Of a DNA stretch of 64,000 nt, positions 53,169 through 64,000 are shown piece by piece. The notes under the pieces were generated by a model that was not told the origin of the DNA, made no database searches, and worked only from the letters and a program-made list of their open reading frames with translations. The DNA comes from the human T2T-CHM13v2.0 reference genome, Homo sapiens. The stretch lies in assembly GCF_009914755.1 (NCBI RefSeq), contig NC_060932.1; one strand, written 5' to 3'. Every line of letters starts with the position of its first letter. Position 1 is the first letter of the stretch. The position numbers and the translations under genes are program-made.

Positions 53169-55114
53169 TTTTTTCCGTAATTTTAATTTTTATTTTAGAT
53201 TTGAGGGTACATGTGCAGGTTTGTTACCTGGGTATATTACATGATGCTGAGATTTGGAGTATAATTGATCCCGTCACCTAGGTATTGAGCATAGTGCCCA
53301 ATAGTTTTTCAACCCATTCCTCGCTTCTTCCCTCCCCTCTCTAGTAGTTCCCAGTGTCTGTGGTTGCCATCTTTATAACCATGAGTACACAATGCTTAGT
53401 TCCTACTTGTAAGAGAGGACATACGGTAGTTGGTTTTTTGTTTCTGCATTAATTTGCTTAGGATTATGGCCTTCAACTACATCCATGTTGCTGCAAAGGA
53501 CTATGGCTGCATAGTATTCCATGATATATATGTATCACGTCTTCTTTATCCAATCTACCATTGATGAGCACCTAGGTTTATTCCATGTCTTTGCTATTGT
53601 GAATAGTGCTGCAATGAATATATGAATGCATGTGTCTATTTGGTATAACAACTTATTTTCTTTTGGCTATATATCCAGTAATGGGACTTCTGGGTCAAAT
53701 GGTACTTCTGTTTTAAGTTATTTGAGACATCTCCAAACTGCTTTTCACAGTGGCTAAATCAATTTACATTCCCACCAGTGGTGTACAAGTGTTCCCTTTT
53801 CTCTGCAGTCTCCCAAGCATCTGGGTTTGTTTGTTTTCTTTTGGTTTTTGTTTTTTGGTCTTTCTAATTATAGCCATTCTGACTTGTGTGAGATGGTCTC
53901 TCATGGTTTTAATTTGCATTTCTCCAATGACTAGTGATGTTGAGCATTTTTTTGTGTTCTTGGCCATTTGTATGTCTTCTTTTGAGAAGTATGTGTTCAT
54001 GTCCTTTGCCCATTTTTCAATGGGGTTGCTTTTTACTTGTTCAATTGTTTAAGTTCCAAATATTAGACCTTTGTCAGATGTCAAGTTTGTGAATATTTTC
54101 TCCTATTATGTAGGTTGCCTGTTTACTCTGTTGATAGTTTTTTGTTTTTTGTTCTTTGGGGGTTTTTTTGCTATAAAGAAGCTCTTTAGTTTAATTAGGC
54201 CTCACTTGTCAATTTTTGTTTTTGTTGCAATGGCTTTTGAGGACTTAGTCATAAATTCTTTCCCAAGGCTGATGTCCAGCATGGTGTTTTCTAAGCTTTC
54301 CTTCAGGATTCTTGCAGTTCGAGGTCTTACATTTAAATCTTTAATTCGTCTTTTGTTAAATTTTGTATATGGTGAAAGGGGGAGTCCTTTCCCCACTGCT
54401 TATTTTTGCCAATTTTGCTGAAGGTCAGATGGCTGTAGGTGTACAGATTTATTTCTGGCTTGTCTATTCTGTTCCATTGGTCTATCCATCTGTTTTTATA
54501 CCAGTACTGTGCTGCTTTGGTTACTGTTGCCTTTACCATAGTTTGAAGTGGGATAATGTGATGCCCTCAACTTTATTCTTTTTGCTTAGGATTGCTTTGC
54601 TCTTTTTTGGTTCATATGAATGTTACAATAGTTTCTTCTAATTCTGTGAAAAATGACATTTGGTAGTTTGATAGAAACAGTGTTGAATCTGTAGATTGCT
54701 TTGGGCAGTATAGCCATTTAATGATAGGGAGTCTAACAATGTTTTTCCATTTGTTTCTGTCATCTACAATTTCTTTCATCAGTGTTATGTAGTTCTTGTA
54801 GAGAACTTTCACTTTCTTGGCTGGATGTATTTCTAATATTTTTGCAGCTATTTTAAATGGGATTGCATTCTTGATTTGGCACTCAGCTTGAAAGTAATTG
54901 ATGTATAGAAATGCTACTGACTTTTGTACGTTAATTTTGTACCCCAAAACTTTACTGAAGTTGTTTATCAGTTCCAGGAGCTTCTTGGCAGAGTCTGTAG
55001 GGTTTTTTCTGGTATTGCATTGTATCATCAGTAGAGAGAGCTCAACTTCTTCTTTTCCTATTTGGATGCCTTTTATTTCTTTTTCTTGCCTGATTGCTCT
55101 GGCTGGGACTTCCA
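53169..55114 (-). mobile_element. L1PA15/16-like, 5'-truncated (~1.95 kb)
   Basis: Minus-strand ORF2 fragments ([23 protein letters not shown]; [14 protein letters not shown]); TSD cattccttgatt at 53157-53168 and 55115-55126. Confidence 0.93.
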
Positions 55115-55359
55115 CATTCCTTGATTAGGATTTTAATTTCATCCTGCATCCAAAATCTTACCCATATTGATAACTTAAGGAGTACTGAGGAGTATTGGTA
55201 ATTTTAAGTAGGCAAGTCTTTGCCCTTGCAAAATGCATTTAATCTGTTCTTTATATGGGTATATGTGACCCACATATAGCAACAATATTATGAAGAATCT
55301 GAGGTTTAGAGTGGTTAATTAACCTGCCTAAGACCACAGCCAATAAGAGACAGAATTAG

Positions 55360-55785
<426 letters not shown>

Positions 55786-55814
55786 CAGTCTGTCTTTTTC
55801 TAATCTGTCTAATC

Positions 55815-56268
55815 CTGGCAGTCAAGCTGCAAGCAGGAGCTGCAGTCATCTGACGGCTCAACTCGGTCTGGAAGATCCTCTTCCAAGGTTCACTCACATG
55901 GAAAGCAGTTGGTGCTTGTTGTCAGCCAGGTTGGCTGAGTTTTCCCCCATGTCAGCTCTTATCCTCCTGGGCCTTCTGCTGCATTTGGCCTCTCCTTCAG
56001 AACAACCTGGACTTCTTTACATGGCAGCTGTATTCCAATAGAGTAAGAGCTAGACAACCTATCAACATGTGAGAAAGAGCACCCAAGACAGAGGCCACAG
56101 TCTTTTTATAACCCAATATTGGAGGTGAGATCCCATCACTTTTGCAGTGCTGAATTCATTGCAAGTGAGTCGATAAGTCCATCCTACACTCAAGAGGAGG
56201 AGATTATACAGGATGATGAATATTAAGAGGTGAAGATTACTGGGCACTTCCTCAAGGCTGTCTACCAG
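55815..56268 (-). mobile_element. MLT1 (F/G/H-like) LTR fragment
   Basis: gctgcagtcatctga ... ttccaaggttcactcacatgg ... cccatcacttttgcag ... ggctgtctacca. Confidence 0.75.
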
Positions 56269-56339
56269 AAATATATAATTACAAATCAACAAAAACCAGA
56301 TATAAAATTTAACAAAAAATAAGACAAGAAAGATGCAGG

Positions 56340-57010
56340 TGCTTTAGAGAAGAATAAACTGGAATGGTTAATACACATGAAACAATACCTAACCTCACTC
56401 ACACTTAAAGAAATGCACTTTAAAACATTAAGATGCCAGTTTTCCCTTATAATATCAGCAAATATTAAAAAGTCTGATAGCACCCAGTATTGATGAGCAT
56501 GTGAGGAAACAGCTATTTGCTGTAGAGGCTATTTACTGTCAGAAGACAATTTGGCAATATCTCTCAAAAATAATAATGTACATACCATTTAACCAAGAAA
56601 TACTGCTTCCTGAAATATACTATACAGATATGTTTGCAAATAAATACACATAATAATATTCACTGATGCAAATTTTAATAGACAATTACTGAAAACAAAA
56701 GAAGCTTGGTGAAATACATCACAGAAAGCTATGCAGCTGTTTAGAAGAGAGAGTCAGATTTTTACAGGCTGATAATAAAGAGCTCTTTGTTACTTTATTA
56801 AATGAAGCATAAGGGACAGAGGATAATTTATAATATGATTTATTTTGAAAAGAAGAAAACATATGAACATTTATATATACAGAAGTCTTTCTGAAGGATA
56901 TGTAAGAAAAATGTAACAGCACTTCATTCTGGAGAGAAGAATAATCATTTTTACAAGGGTTAATTTTTTAACAGGATGAATTTAATTATTATATAATTTA
57001 AAATACTAAT
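56340..57010 (+). mobile_element. L1ME-type fragments
   Basis: aaagaaatgcac, caatttggcaatatct, cataccatttaaccaagaaat. Confidence 0.6.
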
Positions 57011-58959
57011 TGGAAAAATTGAAGTCTTAACTATAGTCGATATACTAAAAAAAAAAAAAACCCAGCAGGCTGACAATGAACCTGATTTGACAGAGAAGCA
57101 TCAGCCGAGGCTTAGGGAAAGGGAAAGAAAGGAAAAGAATACTGATTTAGTCATCACCCACTAAGCTCCAGGCACTTTTGCTTATGTCACCTCGCACCAC
57201 CTACAGTACACTGTAACCACAGAGAATGACACACTGGCCTCTGACTACCCTACAAAATTCCCTTCCCTGCAAAAGTTGATTCCTTGGCCTGGACTATCCT
57301 TCCTTACTCTTTCACATGCTGAAGTCAAAGAAGATGCTATAAATGTCTCCCTAGAGATTACAACTTCGAGTTTATCCTTTTTTATAAAAAATTGGATTTC
57401 TAGTTTGTAATTAAAAAAAAAAAACACTGTGAATTCCAAACCAGCCTAGGTGAACCCCTGCTCAGTCATCTCTGTTCCCAAAGGACACTCTGAGAGCCTT
57501 GGCTCTCCATGGATGGAAAGCAGGACTCATGAGTTCAGCTGACCTCAGTCTCTAGGGCTATGGTCTTACTTACAGGTATGCAGGTCCTTGTCTGGTTGAC
57601 AGTGATAGGCACATAGCATGCCTTCAGTAAATGCTTGTTGTAAGATAATGGGACTGAGCTGGTTTGAAAATTACCACCTCTGCATGGATTCTATCCAAAC
57701 CAACATCATCAGCCAGCACAGAAGCACAGGAGGAGCAATGACGGGAACAGGATCATCATTTCCATGAAACTCCTTGGAAGGAGCCATTAGTTTCTCCCTC
57801 TGCAATCCTCATCAGCCCCCACCCCAATTCTTTGCTATGGACAAGCATAGGGTGGTGTGAACAGATTTGTGATAAATCCCCTGGTTCCTTCATCCTCTTT
57901 TCACAAAGGTTGATGCCTTCCTTGAATCCTTTCCATGATGAAAACTCAGGAGCTACTTCTGATGCAGGGAATAAAGACACCAGGATCCATTTTGTACATG
58001 TTGAATTTGAGGTGCCTGTTGGACAGGACAAGGAAGAAGAGTAGGAAAAGGATAATTCTTCCAGGCAGGGGGCAAAGGGGACAGCATGAACCAGAGCCAT
58101 GAGGGTGAGAGGACCCCAGGGAAATGGCTGGGAGCAGGGTCTGGACATGAAGCAGGGACAGCCACCCTGACATCCATTTGTAACGGCAAGAACCTCGCTG
58201 GTGCAGCAGCCAGGAGAAGGCAGCCAGCCTGCAACGGAAGGCGCCCCTCCCACCTTCTCCACCACAGGACAAAGGGCCATTTTGATTTGGGGCCTCACTA
58301 TTTTAACACCAAAGATTTTCATTTGGCAGTCACTGTTCATACAACGCACACTCTCTTTCCTCTGACATAAATTCTTTCTTTAAGAAGAAAAAGAAGAAAG
58401 GCCCCATCATCACAGCCTGCGGTGCCAGACAATGGCGGGAGCGTGGCTGCCAGCGCCCATGAAGGGGCCAGTGTGCTCGCAGCAGCCTCCTTATCTCCTA
58501 TCTCCTGCCCGTGCCACAGCTCTTGCTTTTCCTGGGTGTTTTGACCACTTCTCTCCTTCAGCTGCTTTGACAGAATTTGCCGGCTGCCGGCTGACGCAAA
58601 ACAACCCCCTTCTTGTGCCTGGGCCGCTCTGTCTTCACTCCAGGCCGCAGGGGAGAAAACGTGTCTTTGTGGCTTCCCTTCAATAGCTCTCTGAGTCCAA
58701 ACCCCTCGTGGGCTCTGGCAGGCCAAGCCTAAGACCCTGTGAATAGATGCTGTTGTTTGCTTCTCTTTGCAAAGCCGGCCTCTGGGCATCCAGAAATGCG
58801 TCCACAGCCCAGGCTTGGTAGTTTGGGGACAGATTCATCGGCAAGCTGGCAGATGCCCCGGCCCGTGAAGAATGATGATCACTCGTGTGTGCAGCTCATT
58901 CAGGTCCATCCACAAAATGCTTTCAGGCTGCTGATGATTCAATTAACATTTACAGCGGA

Positions 58960-59120
58960 CCTACTCTGTGCCCAGCACAGCCTTTACTGTTTATTATCTC
59001 CTCGAGCCCTAAGATTACTCTCCACCACGGGTGCTGTTCTAGTCTCTTCATTTTACAGTGGAGGAAACTGAGTCTCAAAATGGTCAAGTGATTTGCACAT
59101 GGCCACACAGCTAAAAAGTT
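58960..59120 (-). mobile_element. MIR
   Basis: cattttacagtggaggaaactgagtctca ... tggccacacagcta. Confidence 0.8.
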
Positions 59121-59949
59121 ACAGAGATCCATTGAGGGGCACCGATAGCTTCAGAGATGTTCAGAATCCCCTGAAAGACATGGTATTCCCTTTTAAGGCA
59201 CAGAGAAGGAATATAACTTCCACAGACCTAGATGCCGAGTGCCACACCCCCTCATCTAGGGAAAAGGGGGGAAATAACCAACTCTGCTTTCTCTCCCTTC
59301 AAGTCCTTCCTTCCCACACTCAACATTGAAAAACCCCTCCAAATAGAAGTGGAGTTTGTCATAAGACTGACAGGTCAAGGTGACCCAACTCTGGTCCTCT
59401 ATACTACACCATTCTGAACCTAAGCATCTCCAAAGTGTTCAAGGTGGCCTCCACTGGACCATGTCAGGGGGCCTAGGAAACTCCCCAGGCTCAAGTAGCA
59501 AGGTTCAAGGTGAGAATGCTCTGGTACTGTGAGCCACGTGGCCACAGTAAGCCACTCCTCTGTGCCTCAGCTTTTCTCTAGCAAAATAGAATGCTGACAA
59601 TACTGCTCAGGGTGTTGTTGGAAGGATTAAATGAAAGAAAAAAATAGCTGTCAGGGGACAAAACAGCACATAATGGTTACAGCATAGCAGCAAAAGCCAC
59701 AGTGCATAAATGCTAGTAGCAGAAGCAGGAGCCACGGTAGTAGCAGCAATCTTACCAACAGCCCTGGGGGCTGGAAGTCATCCTCTGTTCTATTAATCAT
59801 ACAACAATCATTTCAGGTGTGTTTACTAGGAACAATGCCTTATTCCAAAAGCCCTCACAGCTCCCTCATATGCACAATTTTTGGTGGTGACAGCAGAGTG
59901 GCAAAAGGTGGCCTCGTTGATGGCTACCAGCTAGCGAAGAATATGCAAT

Positions 59950-60245
59950 CTGGCTACCAACAATAGACTGATCCAATAGATGTGTTTCATTTGGCACAGA
60001 GTTTTGTTTTGTTTTGTTTTAAGGGAGCCAGGATTTTTAAATTGGAAGTCTGACAATACTGAGCCTATATTTCTACAAGGCAGTGATCAGCTAGAGGTGA
60101 ATAGAGGTGTCCTTTTACACGGCAGGCGTGCTCCAGTTCACCACAGGCCCCACCACTCCCCATTGCTTCATCAACACTGCAGGTCAGTGTCAGTTCCATT
60201 CGTTACTGTGATTATGTTGTTGTTGTCCTTATGGTAAATAGTTTG
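59950..60245. mobile_element. MER102-like hAT-Charlie remnant
   Basis: ctccagttcaccacaggccccaccactcccc; cagctagaggtgaatag. Confidence 0.65.
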
Positions 60246-60252
60246 TCCATGG

Positions 60253-60990
60253 GTATTAGTTAGGGGAACACTAGCTGCTGTAAAAGCAGATCCTCACATA
60301 TCTCCAAAACTTAATGCAATACAGGTTTATGTTATAGTCTTGCAGCAGTTGATGGTGGTGGTTTTCCTCCACATGAAGACTCAGGGACCCAGGCTCCTTC
60401 CATCTTGTAGTTGTGTGATTTCCTTGGGCTTCAATATTTTGCCTTCACCCAAAGAATCGGGAAAGGGAGAGTAGAAAATCCCCATCTGTTTCTTAAGAGC
60501 CCTGGGCCAGAGGGGACTGTATTAGTCTATTTTCACACTGCTGATAAAGACATACCCGAGACTGAGCAATTTACAAAAGAAAGAGTTTTATTGGATTTAC
60601 AGTTCCATATGGCTGAGGAGGCCTCACAATCATGGTAGAAGGCCAGGAGGAATAAGTTACATCTTACGTGGATGGCAGCAGGCAAAGAGAGGGCTTGTGC
60701 AGAGAAACTCCCATTTTTAAAGCCATCAGATCTTGTGAGACCCATTCACTGTCATGAGAACAGCATGGGAAAGACCCACCCCCATGATTCCATCACCTCC
60801 CACTGGGTCCCTCCCACAACATGTGGGAATTATGGGAGCTACAAGATGAGATTTGGGTGGAGACATGGAGCCAAATCATATCAGGGACATACATCATTTC
60901 CTTTCACACTTCATTGGTAGGAGCTAGTCATATGTCTATGCCAGATGCAAGGTGGACAGAGAAATATAAATTCCAAACAGATATCCACCT
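60253..60990 (-). mobile_element. MLT1J/K-like LTR split by THE1
   Basis: cagggacccaggctccttccatcttg; resumes catcatttcctttcacacttcattgg after the THE1. Confidence 0.65.
60518..60883 (-). mobile_element. THE1B/C solo LTR
   Basis: tgtattagtc...ctgataaagacatacccgagactg ... ccaaatcatatca; perfect TSD gggac at 60513-60517 and 60884-60888. Confidence 0.95.
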
Positions 60991-61199
60991 TTGACAGTAA
61001 CTGTAGTGTATGAAAGGGAGAACACTTATTTTTTGTTGCTATCTATCTCTCAAAAATTATAGCTCTATAAAAAGCTGGGGAAAATAAATTACAGACTAAG
61101 AGCTATATGATTTTTCGTACACTCACCTATTGTACTCATTTATATTCTATCCCTTGCATGTACCTTGATTTTCAGTGTCTGTACTGCAAGCCCAGCAAC

Positions 61200-61310
61200 A
61201 GAGCAGGTTCTGATTCTATAGCTCTGAGGTCGAGCCTGAGATTCTGCATTGATAACAAGTTCCCGGTGATTCCAGTAATGCTAGTCTGTGGTCCATACTC
61301 TCAGGAACAA
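61200..61310. mobile_element. MER5-like fragment
   Basis: ttctgattc...gcctgagattctgcatt..taacaagttcccggtgat. Confidence 0.65.
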
Positions 61311-61887
61311 AACCCAAGAACTCTAGCCTTCCCAGACTACCTGCCACTTCTCCCAAACTTTAACCCCTCCTATCTGTGCTCCTGTAGCCCTCTTTACTAC
61401 GCCTGTCATGCTCCAATGAAACTATGTTTATTAATCAGAGGTTATGTCTATTAGTCTGTCTTCCCCAGTAGGTTGTGAGCTTCTCAAGGGCAAAGACTAT
61501 TATTCATGCTCAATATATGTTTGCTGAAAGAATGCATGAACGTTTCCTAAGAATCTAGCTATATTCTAGGCATGTGATGCTGTATAATCCAGGATACATC
61601 CCAGGATACACTGAACAGCCTCTGAAGTGTTTTCTTGTTCCCATCATGGTGAAACATGAGCTCAGAGCTACAAATGTGGCCAAAACATGCTGGCCTCAAA
61701 AGACATTAAATCTAATTGGGGAAGTGAGACTTAAGATGGGACTTAAGCCAGATAAAATCTGGGATGCAGGGGACAGCCAAGTACCACTTGCCTGTGGCTC
61801 ACTCAGAGAATTTGGAGAAGGGAAGACACAGAATTACATGTTCTTCTATATTCAGAATTTTCACTGGTGCCAACCAGGCTCCACCTG

Positions 61888-62610
<723 letters not shown>

Positions 62611-62699
62611 ACTTGTCTATTAACTTACTTGCCACTCAGTGTGCTTGCCTTTCAAGGAAGACAGAGCAGAAGAGGAGGAGGGAGGCAGCTGTTTGTCAA

Positions 62700-62900
62700 G
62701 CACCTGAGGTGTGATTGTATTAGGCAACTCACCTTATCTTATTTAATCCCCATCACAATCATGTAAGCAAATAGCCTTATTATCTCCATTTTTTATATAG
62801 AGGACAGTGAGGTTCACAGAGCTGAACCTTCCCTATATCACATAGATAGGAGTCGAGGAAGCAAGGTTTGTAACATGGATCCGTTTACCACAAATCCCTA
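62700..62900 (-). mobile_element. MIR
   Basis: tcttatttaatccccatcacaa ... ttattatctccattttt ... tgaggttcacagag. Confidence 0.7.
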
Positions 62901-64000
62901 ATCTCCCAAGCTACCCCTTGTTCTTCCCTCAAAGTCAGCCAGTGGGCCTACTAAGAAAGTCAAAAAGTAGACTGTGAGAAGGTGCATGGAAAATATTTTT
63001 AAATGCTGTATATGTGAGCAGTATTGCAGTCACTAAAACAAATGTGATGCTATCCCTGAACAAAGAGAATGCAAGAAAATGCAGTGAAAAATGGGGCTCC
63101 AGCCTCGATACCCACATTCCTAACCTTTTAATGCCAAGCAGCCTATAAGCATGTCAAATTTTACTCATGTTCCTGCTCTTTCCACTCAAGTTGGCTTTGT
63201 GGGTTGCTGGTTTTATCAAAATTGAGTGAGAGTGTGTTCAATACAATGTTGGATTCATTAGGGAGAAAAAAGCCAAATAAAAACCTTGCTTCTTCAATGC
63301 CAGGAGCTTACAAAGACATATAAACCATGAGGAATTCCAAGGACTTGCTCAGAAGCCGTTCTGCAAATGCATTTCTTGAACAAAGGGCCAATGTTCCTTT
63401 CAGGGAAGAGCGCGGGACTGGTTTCCGGCATTTTTCTTTAAATCATTAGGACCATGCCAGCAAACAAACATATACAGCCCCTGGGAGAAAGAATCTCATT
63501 CAACACAGCTTACAAGAGTTTGATTATTAGGGAGGGGTGCTTCATGGCACGTGCCTCACCAGCCGGCCCCCAAATGTACAGATCTGTTTAAAGGGCTTTA
63601 TTGATGGTGGCCGCAGACAGATAGAGCTTGTGAGGAGAACTGACATCCCATGGATACTAACATATCAGCATCATCCTGACCAGCACACAATCCAGTCAGA
63701 GAGAGCTGAAAAGTCTGCCTCATTCCCTTGAAAATGTGCTTCTTAAGACAAATAAAATATAGAAATAAGAAATTCACCTCTAACAGGGTTTACATTTCCT
63801 TCACCCAGACAATTAAAGGGTTTTGGAGGACCTGGAACGAAATGATGACTGAATCTTTAGCCAGACACATATTTCAGCTTTTAATGAACTGAAAATATTA
63901 TAGGTTGGGCCCTGAAAACAAATGAGCATTGGATTAAGACAAGCCATACTTCGAACTCCAGCCCTGCCACATGTTATCTATATGACTTTTATAACTTCTG

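Noticed and set aside
57756-59071. 197-aa and 150-aa ORFs in a GC-richer region
   Set aside because: No recognisable domain, partial overlap with L2/MIR remnants, and expected by chance at this GC content.

Overview
This is primate, almost certainly human, AT-rich intergenic or deep-intronic DNA dominated by interspersed repeats. These include Alu (Y/S/J), young and old L1 fragments, L2, MIR, MaLR LTRs (THE1, MLT1), LTR16 and fossil DNA transposons (MER53, MER3, MER91, MER102, MER5, Zaphod-like, Tigger-like). I see no credible host protein-coding exon, RNA gene, CRISPR array or CpG island. The recognisable ORFs are L1 ORF2 remnants or Alu/LTR translation artefacts, and I find no evidence for a new gene system. 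The most interesting signals are insertion and repair footprints readable from the sequence. First, a ~1.06 kb L1PA3-like insertion (50651-51710) appears to combine a 3' transduction with a twin-priming inversion inside one 16-bp TSD. Second, a probable short 3' transduction sits at 29430-29833. Third, there are three template-switch events: a THE1 LTR patched with a copy of its own internal sequence, an inverted duplication in THE1-int, and a fold-back hairpin inside an AluJ. There are also palindromic MITEs from miRNA-donating families, a deeply nested transposon stack, and several unique-sequence enhancer/CTCF candidates. Repeat subfamily names come from recalled consensus sequences and were not checked with RepeatMasker; boundaries of old repeats are approximate.
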